From Deltaproteobacteria bacterium (GTDB lineage Bacteria > Myxococcota_A > Polyangia > Polyangiales > Houyiibacteriaceae): a stretch of 64,000 nt of DNA. This document shows, piece by piece, positions 9,233-17,461 of this stretch. Under the pieces are notes generated by a model that was not told the origin of the DNA, made no database searches, and saw only the letters and a program-made list of their open reading frames with translations. Both the position numbers and the translations under genes were made by a program. The stretch is from the NCBI GenBank assembly GCA_034670305.1, contig JAXMNT010000005.1, positions 160,001 to 224,000 on the forward strand. The letters are read 5' to 3'. Each line of letters begins with the position of its first letter. The stretch's first letter is position 1.

Positions 9233-10672
9233 ATGGCGCGCGGCTGGGGCAAGCGGGAGAAAACCGGCCCGAAGATCTTCGCCGTCGGCGAGGTCAACCG
9301 CGCTGCCAAACGCGCGCTCGAATCGGAGTTCAGCGACTTCTGGGTCGAGGCGGAGATCAGCCAGGTCAAACGATCCCGCAGTGGCCACGTCTACTTCACG
9401 TTGAGCGACGAGCAGGAGAAGGCGCAGCTCAATGTGGTGCTCTTCTCGACAGCGTTCGATCGCATTCGAGCTTCGGCGGAGCGGCGGGGTGGTTCGATGC
9501 CGGCGATCGAAGACGGCGCCCGGGTCCGTGTGCGCGGCAACTTGACGCTTTACGAGGCGAGCGGCAGCTACCAGATGATCGCCAAGATGGTGGTCGTCGC
9601 TGGGGTGGGCGACCTCGCGATCAAGTTCGAGGAGATCCGCAAGCGACTCGAAGCGGACGGGCTCATGGCGCCCGAACGCAAACGGCCGTTGCCGAAGTTG
9701 CCGCGCACCGTCGGCGTGGTCACGAGCGTGGGCAGCGCCGCGTTTCAAGACATCGTGCGGGTCGCGCACGCGCGGTGTGCGGTGCGCCTCGTGGTGGCGG
9801 ACTGCCAGGTGCAGGGCGTGGGTTCCGCCGCTTCCATCGTGAACGCGCTGCAGCAGATCCAGCGGCTGCCGGCGGTGGATGTGATCGTGCTCGGTCGGGG
9901 TGGTGGCGCCGCGGAGGAACTCTGGGCGTTCAACCACGAGTCGGTGGCGCGCGAGGTCGCGCGGGCGCGGGTGCCGATCGTGTGCGGTGTCGGACACGAG
10001 ACCGACGTGACCATCGCCGAACTGGTCGCGGACGTGCGGGCGTCGACGCCTTCCAACGCGGCGGAGCTCGCGGTGCCGGAGCAAGCGGTCCTCAGCCAGC
10101 AGCTCGATGGGCTCGACCGTCAGCTCGAGCGCGCGGTGCGCGCGACGGTGCAGAGCAGCCGCCTCGAACTGCACCGGCTCGAAGCGAAGATCGGATCACC
10201 AGGCCGACTGCTGCAGCACAGCCGCCGCCGGATCGACCGGTCGACCGAGCGGTTGCGCGAGCGGGTGCGCGACGTGCTGAGCGCGCAGCGGAGACTCTTG
10301 GAAGCGCGGCGGATGCGCCTGAGGGAGATGAACCCGAGGGTGCGGCTCGAGCGCGACCGCGCGCGGCTCGATGCGCTGCGGCTCCGGCTCGAGCGCGCGA
10401 TGCGGGATCGACTCAGCGCAGAACGCGGGCGGCTGGTGGTCGGTCTGCGCGGCTTGAAGACGACGCGGCAGCTCGAGCGCGCCCGGTCGCGCTTGTCGAG
10501 CGGTGCGGGCCGGCTCGACGCGCTCTCGCCGCTGCGGGTGCTCGAACGCGGCTATGCGGTGGCCCTGCTCGACGGCAAAGCGCTCACGCGCGCCGAAGAC
10601 GCGAAGGACGGCGACGAACTCGAGCTCCGACTCCACGAAGGCCAGCTCCGCGCCCGAGTGTTGAAACGCTGA
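9233..10672 (+). CDS. xseA: Exodeoxyribonuclease VII large subunit
   Basis: Motifs SGHVYFTL, RGGGAAEELWAFN, GVGHETD, STPSNAAE, LSPLRVLERGYA. Confidence 0.95.
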   Translation: MARGWGKREKTGPKIFAVGEVNRAAKRALESEFSDFWVEAEISQVKRSRSGHVYFTLSDEQEKAQLNVVLFSTAFDRIRASAERRGGSMPAIEDGARVRVRGNLTLYEASGSYQMIAKMVVVAGVGDLAIKFEEIRKRLEADGLMAPERKRPLPKLPRTVGVVTSVGSAAFQDIVRVAHARCAVRLVVADCQVQGVGSAASIVNALQQIQRLPAVDVIVLGRGGGAAEELWAFNHESVAREVARARVPIVCGVGHETDVTIAELVADVRASTPSNAAELAVPEQAVLSQQLDGLDRQLERAVRATVQSSRLELHRLEAKIGSPGRLLQHSRRRIDRSTERLRERVRDVLSAQRRLLEARRMRLREMNPRVRLERDRARLDALRLRLERAMRDRLSAERGRLVVGLRGLKTTRQLERARSRLSSGAGRLDALSPLRVLERGYAVALLDGKALTRAEDAKDGDELELRLHEGQLRARVLKR

Positions 10673-10684
10673 TTTCCTGCCACT

Positions 10685-10719
10685 ACGGGCCAGTCCCGCT
10701 TCGCGGGACTGGCGGCCCT
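10685..10719 (-). repeat. Dispersed REP-like palindrome, family 2 (copy 1); probable bidirectional terminator between convergent xseA and aguB
   Basis: Perfect stem GCCAGTCCCGC-TTC-GCGGGACTGGC. Reverse complement is 31/35 identical to 33354-33388. Confidence 0.8.
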
Positions 10720-11575
10720 AACTCTTCTTGCCGACGAGGGCGCCGTAGAGATCGGGGCGGCGGTCGCGGAAGAACCCCCAGCCGGCCCGGCCGCGCCCGA
10801 GCGCGTCGCGGTCGAAGGTCGCGAGCCGCACGCCCTCTTCTTCGGTGTCCATCTCCTCGATGAGCTCGCCGCGCGGGTTCGCGATGAAACTCGATCCGTA
10901 GAACTGCATGGCGCCTTCGGTGCCGACCCGGTTGGATGCGAGCACCGGCATCGCGTTCGCGACCGCGTGCCCGACCATCACCCGTTGCCACGGCCGCCGG
11001 GTGTCGTTGTCCGGCTCTTCGGGTTCGGTGCCGATCGCGGTCGGGTACAGAAGCAGCTCGGCGCCGAGCAGCGCCATCGCCCGCGCGGCTTCGGGGAACC
11101 ACTGATCCCAGCAGATGCCGACGCCGAGCGCGCCGACCTTGGTCTGCCAGACCCGAAAGCCGGTGTCGCCTGGCCGGAAGTAGTACTTCTCTTCGTAGCC
11201 GGGTCCGTCGGGGATGTGGCTCTTGCGGTAGACGCCGAGCACCGCACCGTCGGTGTCGACCATCGCGACGCTGTTGTAGAACTCCTGCCCGGCGCGTTCG
11301 AAGAACGAGACCGGGATCGCGACTCCGAGCTCCTTCGCGAGCACCGCGAACCGCGCGATGGTTGGGTGGCCTTCGACCGGGTGGGCGAGCTCGAAGCGCT
11401 CCTCGAGTTCTTCTTGCGGGAAATAGGGCCCTTCGAAGAGCTCGGGTGGCAGGACCACCTGAGCGCCTTGGTCCGCGGCTTCGCGCACGAGGGCTTCGAC
11501 CCGGGAGACGTTCTCCACCACGGTGCCGCCGAGCGCGCACTGCACGATCGCGACGCGAATGGTTCCTTGGCTCAT
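10718..11575 (-). CDS. aguB: N-carbamoylputrescine amidase (nitrilase family)
   Basis: Motifs PELF, YRKSHIPDGPGYEEKYYF, GICWDQWFPE, YPTAIG, FFRDRRP. Confidence 0.92.
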   Translation of the reverse strand: MSQGTIRVAIVQCALGGTVVENVSRVEALVREAADQGAQVVLPPELFEGPYFPQEELEERFELAHPVEGHPTIARFAVLAKELGVAIPVSFFERAGQEFYNSVAMVDTDGAVLGVYRKSHIPDGPGYEEKYYFRPGDTGFRVWQTKVGALGVGICWDQWFPEAARAMALLGAELLLYPTAIGTEPEEPDNDTRRPWQRVMVGHAVANAMPVLASNRVGTEGAMQFYGSSFIANPRGELIEEMDTEEEGVRLATFDRDALGRGRAGWGFFRDRRPDLYGALVGKKS

Positions 11576-11625
11576 GGGGAGGTTGTTGCGTGGCGACGGG
11601 AAAGGCGCCAGCCGGCGTTGACGAA

Positions 11626-11822
11626 GGCGGAGGCCGAAGCCGACGCCGAAGCCGCAGCCGACGCCGAAGCCGAAGCCGACGCCGAACCCGATGCCGATGC
11701 CGAAGCCGAGGCAGACGCCGAAGCCGATGCCGATGCCGAAGCCGATGCCGATGCCCGACGCCGATGCCGGAGCCGATGCCCGACGCCGAAGCTGAAGCTG
11801 AAGCTGAAACCTCGCCGAAGCG
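11626..11822 (+). repeat. Degenerate hexamer tract (GCCGAA/GCCGAC/GCCGAT)n
   Basis: About 30 hexamer units visible in the aguB/permease divergent intergenic region. Confidence 0.9.
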
Positions 11823-11832
11823 AAACGCAGGC

Positions 11833-11903
11833 GGGCAGGGGCAAGGGCAAGGGCAGGGGCAAGGGGGACCCCACCCCCCGCAGAAAAGGCGGGGGTGGGG
11901 TCC
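11833..11903 (-). repeat. Hairpin followed by (CCCTTG/CCCCTG)n tract
   Basis: Stem GGACCCCACCCCC/GGGGGTGGGGTCC at 11866-11903 abuts the GGGCAG/GGGCAA run at 11833-11867. Confidence 0.85.
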
Positions 11904-11924
11904 GGCTCGGGTAGGGTCCTGGGG

Positions 11925-12863
11925 GTGGGCGCGACCTACTTGTTTCGGCGGCTGATCCGGGCGGTGTTGACGATCTTGGCGATCATCACTGCGGTGTTCG
12001 CGCTGGTGCGTCTGGTGCCTGGCGATCCGGTCGATTCGATCCTCGGGGACCACGCGGCGCCGGAGGAACGGGAGGCGCTGCGGGCGCGGCTGAAACTCGA
12101 TCTGCCGATCCTGGAGCAATACACGACCGCGCTCGGCGAGACGTTCGACGGCACGCTCGGACGGTCGTTCCGGACCGACCGCACCGTCTCGTCGCTCATC
12201 GGCGAGGTGATCGGTGCCACGGTGCGGCTCGGCCTCGCCGCGCTCGCGCTCGCGTGGCTGCTCGCCGTTCCGCTCGGCATCCTCGCGGCCCGTTTTCGTG
12301 GCCAAAGGATCGACCGCGCCGCTTCCTTCGTCGGGGTGCTCGGACTCGCGATCCCCACCATCTGGCTCGGACCGCTGCTCATCCTCGGGTTCGGGGTCCA
12401 GCTGCGATGGGCACCGCTGCCGGGCGATGGTGGCGACTCGCTGGGCGCGCTCATCCTGCCGGCCATCACCCTCGGCACCGCGCTGGCGGCGTCGATGATG
12501 CGCCAGACCCGCGGTGCGCTCGCGGCCGCCCTCGGCGAACCCTACGCGCTCGCCGCCCGCGGTCGTGGTCTGCCGGAGCGCAAGATCGTGCGGGGCTCCC
12601 TGCGCGCGTCCGCGCGGCCGGTCCTGACCATCGCCGCCGCGCAGATCGGCGCGCTGCTCTCCGGCACGGTGGTGGTCGAGAAGATCTTCGAACGGCCCGG
12701 GCTCGGAAGCCTCTTTCTCGACGCGTTCTTCTCGCGCGACATTCCCGTCGTGCAGGGATGCGTGTTGGTCATCGCGGTGATCTACGTGCTCGTGAACGTC
12801 GCCCTCGACGTGGCCTACGCGGTCGCCGACCCGCGGGTGCGGGTGCAGGCGGCGTCGGCATGA
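11925..12863 (+). CDS. Peptide/nickel ABC transporter permease (DppB/OppB-like)
   Basis: Motifs LVPGDP, LGRSF, ARGRGL, VVVEKIF..PGLG, RDIPVVQG, DPRVR. Start approximate. Confidence 0.92.
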   Translation: MGATYLFRRLIRAVLTILAIITAVFALVRLVPGDPVDSILGDHAAPEEREALRARLKLDLPILEQYTTALGETFDGTLGRSFRTDRTVSSLIGEVIGATVRLGLAALALAWLLAVPLGILAARFRGQRIDRAASFVGVLGLAIPTIWLGPLLILGFGVQLRWAPLPGDGGDSLGALILPAITLGTALAASMMRQTRGALAAALGEPYALAARGRGLPERKIVRGSLRASARPVLTIAAAQIGALLSGTVVVEKIFERPGLGSLFLDAFFSRDIPVVQGCVLVIAVIYVLVNVALDVAYAVADPRVRVQAASA

Positions 12864-13654
12864 CACAGCGGCTCGCGCTGGGCTTCGTGGTCCTCTTCGG
12901 TCTGCTCGCCGTCTTCGGCCCGTGGCTCGCCCCGATGGATCCGACGACGATCGATCTCGGCGCCCAGTTCGCTTCGCCGAGCGCCGCGCACTGGCTCGGC
13001 ACCGGCGACAACGGCATCGATCTCTGGAGCGCGATCCTGCATGGCGCGCGGCTCGCGGGTCTCGTGGCGCTCGGGGTCGTCGGCTCGTCGGTGCTCGTCG
13101 GCACGGTGCTCGGCACGCTCGCCGGGTACCTCGGGGGCTGGCTCGACGACGCGATCAGCGCACTCGCGGATGTGCTGCAAGCGTTTCCCGGCATCGTGCT
13201 CAACGTCGCCATCCTCGCGCTCGTCGATCAGCCGGGGGTGCTGCATGTGATCGTCGCGCTCTCGGTGCCGGGCTGGGTGCTCTACGCGCGGCTCGCTCGG
13301 GCCGAAGCGATGTCGCTCCGCGATCGGGAGTTCGTCCAGGCCGCGGTCGCGCTCGGGGCGACCCGCATGCGCGTGCTCCGGCGACACATCGTGCCGAACC
13401 TGCTCGGGCCGGTGTTCGTGCAAGCGACGACCGGGGTCGGCGGCGTCATCCTCGCGGAAGCCACGCTCTCGTTCCTCGGTCTCGGACCGAGCCAAGGCGT
13501 CTCGTGGGGCGCGCTGCTCGACCAGGGTTCGGCGGTGCTCCTCCGGTTCCCGCACGTGGCGCTCGTGTCGGGCAGCACCATCGCGCTCACCGTGCTCGCG
13601 TTCAACCTCGCCGGCGACGGCCTCACCGACCGGTTCGACCCGCGCACCCGCTGA
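12860..13654 (+). CDS. Peptide ABC transporter permease (DppC/OppC-like)
   Basis: ATGA overlap with the upstream gene. Motifs PSAAHWLGT, EFVQAAVALGA, EATLSFLGLG, SWG. Confidence 0.92.
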   Translation: MTQRLALGFVVLFGLLAVFGPWLAPMDPTTIDLGAQFASPSAAHWLGTGDNGIDLWSAILHGARLAGLVALGVVGSSVLVGTVLGTLAGYLGGWLDDAISALADVLQAFPGIVLNVAILALVDQPGVLHVIVALSVPGWVLYARLARAEAMSLRDREFVQAAVALGATRMRVLRRHIVPNLLGPVFVQATTGVGGVILAEATLSFLGLGPSQGVSWGALLDQGSAVLLRFPHVALVSGSTIALTVLAFNLAGDGLTDRFDPRTR

Positions 13655-13704
13655 TCCGCCCTCTCGTCTCCTGGGCCGGCAGCGGTCTGAGGTAGAGTCC
13701 GGCC

Positions 13705-14556
13705 GTGGTCGCGCCAGCCCCCGTCCAGCGCTTCCTGCCAGGAGCGGAAGCATCGATCGAGGTTCGGCGGTTCTTTCGAGCCATCGATCTCGGCCGCCAT
13801 CCGCCCCAGCGCAAGACGCAATGGGCGGCGGTGGTGGTCTCGGCGCGATTTCTCCTGCGCGACCGGCGGACCGAGCGGATCGAGATCAGCGAACACCTCG
13901 CGAGCTTGGGGAGCGAGCCGCCCTTGCCGAGCCTCGAGCACACGCCCCAGCCGGTGCATCACCGCTACTTCGAGAACATCGACGCGCAGGTCCACGAGTG
14001 CACCGTGTGCACGATGTTGCCCGGCCGGCAGCTCTGCTCGACCTGCGGTGGCTCCGGGCGCATTCAAACCGAACGAGACGAACCGATCGCCTGCCCCGGA
14101 TGCGAAGGATCTCGGTACCTCCCGTGCAGCAACTGCGACGGCCGCGGCCACGCCGTCTGGGTGGACGCGGTCTACCTCACGGACGCCGCCCTCCAGCTGC
14201 ACCGGGTCTACTTTCCATCCGCGTTGCTCAACGCCCGCATCTTCGAGATCGAGACGGCGCTGCTGGACTTCGCCATGCCGGAGCCTCTGGCGATCTCACT
14301 CGATCCCAAACTCCAGCGCGGCCCCTACCGCGACGCGGCGCCGCGACAGGCGGTGTTCCATGGCTTCGAGTACGGCGACGCGCTCGCTCGGGCACGCGCC
14401 GAGGTGGAGTTTCGCCTGGGGCAGCGGCCACTCGACAGCGAGGTGCGCGCGTACGCGTATCCATTGCTGGAGCTGCACCACCGGATCTGGGGACGGACGT
14501 TCCACCGCCTGGTCCTGGTCGACCCGGACGGACAGCCGCGTCAGTGGGTGGACTGA
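13705..14556 (+). CDS. Hypothetical protein with a DnaJ-type CxxCxGxG zinc-finger region
   Basis: Motifs CTVC, CSTCGGSG, CPGCEGS, CSNCDGRG. Confidence 0.65.
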   Translation: MVAPAPVQRFLPGAEASIEVRRFFRAIDLGRHPPQRKTQWAAVVVSARFLLRDRRTERIEISEHLASLGSEPPLPSLEHTPQPVHHRYFENIDAQVHECTVCTMLPGRQLCSTCGGSGRIQTERDEPIACPGCEGSRYLPCSNCDGRGHAVWVDAVYLTDAALQLHRVYFPSALLNARIFEIETALLDFAMPEPLAISLDPKLQRGPYRDAAPRQAVFHGFEYGDALARARAEVEFRLGQRPLDSEVRAYAYPLLELHHRIWGRTFHRLVLVDPDGQPRQWVD

Positions 14557-14558
14557 AG

Positions 14559-15260
14559 ATGGCTCCGCTCGCCCCACGGGTCCGGCCGGCCCGGCATCCC
14601 AAGGCGCGTGCACCCCGCCCGGAGCATCGGTGGACTGTCGCGATGGCGGTGATCGGTGCGGCGCTCTCCGCCGCCGCCTGCCGCAGCGCGCCTTTGCCCA
14701 CCCGCGACGCGAGCGCGGAAGCGGTTGGTGCGGAGGGCGAGATGGTCACGCTCACGTTCGCGCGCTGGAGACTGGTGCTTCCACGGACGGTGCTCCGCAG
14801 CGTCGAGCTTCGGTTCGGCGAAGGCGATGTCCGCACGCAGCTCGAGCTCGGACCGGCCCCGCTCGGCGCCACCACCGAGTCGCTCGGCGCGCGTGAAACG
14901 GAGACCCTCCGCGCGCTCTACGGCGCCGAACCCTCTCAGTCGCGCGTGCGGTTCGGGGGGGTGCGCGCGGTGGAGAGCCAGGTGCTCGAGCGCACGGTGT
15001 GGGTGGCCATGCGCAACCCGTGGCGGGCGATGCGGCTCTTCTTTCCCACCGCCGAACGAGACGCGCTTCTCGGCGACGGGTCGACCTGCGATGTGCTCGG
15101 ACTTCGTTTCTCGCCTGCGCATCCGCTGACCCGCGCGAGCTTCAGCGCGCCGGACCACGGGCTGCGTTTCGACGGCGCATCCGGCCGCCTCGTGGCGGGT
15201 CCCGGGGACGCGTCGGCCGCCGCGCGCGCCCTCGCACAGAGTTCCGCGACCCCGCGCTGA
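14559..15260 (+). CDS. Hypothetical lipoprotein
   Basis: Lipobox-like LSAAAC; starts 2 nt after the upstream stop. An alternative start exists at about 14643. Confidence 0.5.
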   Translation: MAPLAPRVRPARHPKARAPRPEHRWTVAMAVIGAALSAAACRSAPLPTRDASAEAVGAEGEMVTLTFARWRLVLPRTVLRSVELRFGEGDVRTQLELGPAPLGATTESLGARETETLRALYGAEPSQSRVRFGGVRAVESQVLERTVWVAMRNPWRAMRLFFPTAERDALLGDGSTCDVLGLRFSPAHPLTRASFSAPDHGLRFDGASGRLVAGPGDASAAARALAQSSATPR

Positions 15261-15321
15261 GCGCCGTGTGCGGTCGCCGTGGGCCGTGTTCGGTCGCGGT
15301 GGCCCGTGGCACAGTGTCCCC

Positions 15322-16698
15322 ATGACCGGCATGCACTCTTGGAAGACCGCCGCAGCGCTGCTGTTCGCCATGACCCTCTCTGCATGCGGGGACGACGACG
15401 GATCGACCGACGCCGGCGCAGGGGATGCGCCCTTCGACGTCGGCGCGCGAGACGATGCGCCCGTCATCGACGCAGGCGTCGACGCGCCGAGCGCGGACCC
15501 GGTGGTGCAGCTTCCACGGACCGCGATCGAAGCCGACGAGCTCGCGGTGCTCGTCAACGACATGGACCCGCAATCGGTCGCGCTCGGCGAAGCCTATGTC
15601 GCGATGCGCGGCGTCCCAGAAGCGAACGTCGTGCACCTGTCGTTCGAAGTCACCGGCGCGGTCATGGACGAGGCCACCTTCGACACCCAGTACGCGGCGG
15701 TACAAGCCGCGCTCCCGGACACGGTCCAAGCGCAGCTCATCACGTGGACGACGCCCTACCGGGTCGAGTGCATGTCGGTGACGAGCGCCTTCGCGCTCGG
15801 CTTCGACCGCATCCACTGCAACACGACCGGTGAGGGGTGTGGACCGACCGCGGCGATTCGCTACTTCGACACCGACAGCACCCATCCGTTCACCGACTTC
15901 GAGATTCGCCCGGCGATGATGTTGGCCGCGACCTCGGTCGACAGCGGCACCGCGCTCATCGCGCGCGGCCTCGAGGCGGACGGCACCCATCCACCGGGCC
16001 ACGGCTGGCTCGTGCGCACCACCGACGTCGCGCGAAGCGTGCGCCACCCGCAGTTCCGCGGGGTCGACGAAGGGTTCGACGTCGAAGGCGGGCTGAGCTT
16101 CGACGTGATCGACAACTCCGATGGCTCGGGCACGAACCTCGTGACCGACGAGACCGACGTGCTCTTCTACTTCACGGGTCTGACCCGCGTGACCGATCTC
16201 GAGACGAACACCTACCGGCCCGGCGCCATCGCCGATCATCTGACCTCGTTCGGTGGCCGGGTGCCGGATGCTGGCGGACAGATGAGCGTCGTGGTCTGGC
16301 TCGAAGGCGGGGTCACCGGCAGCTTCGGCACCACCGTCGAACCCTGCAACTACACCACCAAGTTCCCGAACGTGGGCGTGGTGGTGCCGCAGTACTTCCG
16401 CGGCGCGACGTTGATCGAAGCGTACTGGAAGAGCGTGCGCACCCCGGGCGAAGGACTCTTCGTCGGCGAGCCGCTCGCGCGCCCGTTCGGCGAACAGACG
16501 CTCGCGTTCGAAGGCGACGAGATCGTGATCGAGACCAACGCGTTCGGACGCGACGACGGCTGGGTGTTCGAGTCGGGCGACACCGCGGACGGGCCCTGGA
16601 CCGAAGTGCAATCCGGCACCGTGGCCGAGTGGTCGCGCCAGACCTTCCGCCTGCCGAACACCGGCGCCCCGAACTACAGGCTCCGCCGCCCCGACTAG
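15322..16698 (+). CDS. TIGR03790 family lipoprotein
   Basis: Lipobox LSAC. Motifs FYFTGL, PGAIADHLTSFGG, WLEGGVTGSFGTTVEPCNY..KFP, GEPLARPF. Confidence 0.8.
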   Translation: MTGMHSWKTAAALLFAMTLSACGDDDGSTDAGAGDAPFDVGARDDAPVIDAGVDAPSADPVVQLPRTAIEADELAVLVNDMDPQSVALGEAYVAMRGVPEANVVHLSFEVTGAVMDEATFDTQYAAVQAALPDTVQAQLITWTTPYRVECMSVTSAFALGFDRIHCNTTGEGCGPTAAIRYFDTDSTHPFTDFEIRPAMMLAATSVDSGTALIARGLEADGTHPPGHGWLVRTTDVARSVRHPQFRGVDEGFDVEGGLSFDVIDNSDGSGTNLVTDETDVLFYFTGLTRVTDLETNTYRPGAIADHLTSFGGRVPDAGGQMSVVVWLEGGVTGSFGTTVEPCNYTTKFPNVGVVVPQYFRGATLIEAYWKSVRTPGEGLFVGEPLARPFGEQTLAFEGDEIVIETNAFGRDDGWVFESGDTADGPWTEVQSGTVAEWSRQTFRLPNTGAPNYRLRRPD

Positions 16699-16738
16699 GG
16701 AGGCCGAAGGCCGGAGGGTTGGGGGCCGAGACACAGCT

Positions 16739-16816
16739 GCAGTGGCAGTGGCAGTGACGGGCGGCAGCGGCAGCGGCAGTGGCAGCGGCAGCGGCAGCAA
16801 CAGCGACAGCGACAGC
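16739..16816 (+). repeat. Hexamer tract (GGCAGC/GGCAGT/GACAGC)n
   Basis: About 12 units visible upstream of the four-helix-bundle gene. Confidence 0.85.
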
Positions 16817-16887
16817 CCTGTAGCCTCTCCTTCGGAAGTCGGCTCCTTCGTCCTTCGGACTCGGAGTGAATTCAGGTGGGCTTGCTG

Positions 16888-17029
16888 GCTCGGCGGCAGA
16901 TTGATGGTGGCGGAGTGCTCGGGCGCGTCAAGGGTGCCTTCGGCCCCAGCCTTCGGAAGGCTGGCTTCGCCCTTGACCCGCCCTGCGCTCTCCACCGGGG
17001 GCGCTTCGCGCCGCCGAGCAACGTTGCTC
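16888..17029 (+). other. Highly structured multi-branch stem-loop leader (possible ncRNA or ssDNA structure)
   Basis: Nested pairs GCTCGGCGGC/GCCGCCGAGC, GGTGG/CCACC, GGGCG/CGCCC and GTCAAGGG/CCCTTGAC, plus inner CTTCGG hairpins. Confidence 0.6.
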
Positions 17030-17054
17030 ATCCTCTCGGCGCGAGGAGGCTCTT

Positions 17055-17366
17055 GTGATTGTTCTCGAATCTTGTTTCGTTCTCGTTGGTGAGTTGCGTG
17101 GGGTGCTGGCAGCTGTTTCTCGCCGGGACCGTTCGCTGGGTGATCAGATGCGGCGGGCGGCTCAGTCCGTTGTTTTGAACTGCGCGGAAGCGAAGAACGC
17201 TCGCGGGAAGCGGAGCGTGGACCGGTTCTCCATCGCGTACGGTGAGGCCAGCGAACTGAAGGCGGCTCTTCGGTTGGTGCGGCTGTTTGGGTACGCGGAG
17301 GTTGGCGAGGAAGTCGAGCAGCGCTGCGATGAGGTGTGCGCGATGTTGTACCGGCTCAGTCGGTAG
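17055..17366 (+). CDS. Four-helix-bundle protein (TIGR02436 / 23S rRNA IVP / bAvd-like)
   Basis: Motif LGDQMRRAAQSVVLNCAEA...F.IAYGEASE...AMLYRL. AGGAGG RBS at 17044-17049. Confidence 0.85.
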   Translation: MIVLESCFVLVGELRGVLAAVSRRDRSLGDQMRRAAQSVVLNCAEAKNARGKRSVDRFSIAYGEASELKAALRLVRLFGYAEVGEEVEQRCDEVCAMLYRLSR

Positions 17367-17377
17367 CGGCTGCGAGG

Positions 17378-17446
17378 CCCGCGTCAGTCGCGGGCCTCCG
17401 CTTCGGCTTCGGCAGCGAGAGTTTGAGCGAAGCGAACCAGGCCCGC
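17378..17446 (+). repeat. Hairpin plus a diverged copy of REP-like family 2 downstream of the four-helix-bundle gene
   Basis: Stem GAGGCCCGCG-TCAGT-CGCGGGCCTC. GCGAAGCGAACCAGGCCCG (17427-17445) matches GCGAAGCGAGCCAGGCCCG in the 33354-33388 copy. Confidence 0.6.
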
Positions 17447-17461
17447 GGTGCCAGAAAACAG

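Noticed and set aside
16696-17461. Complete diversity-generating retroelement around the Avd-like gene
   Set aside because: No reverse transcriptase is present, and no template/variable repeat pair differing at adenines was seen in this window.
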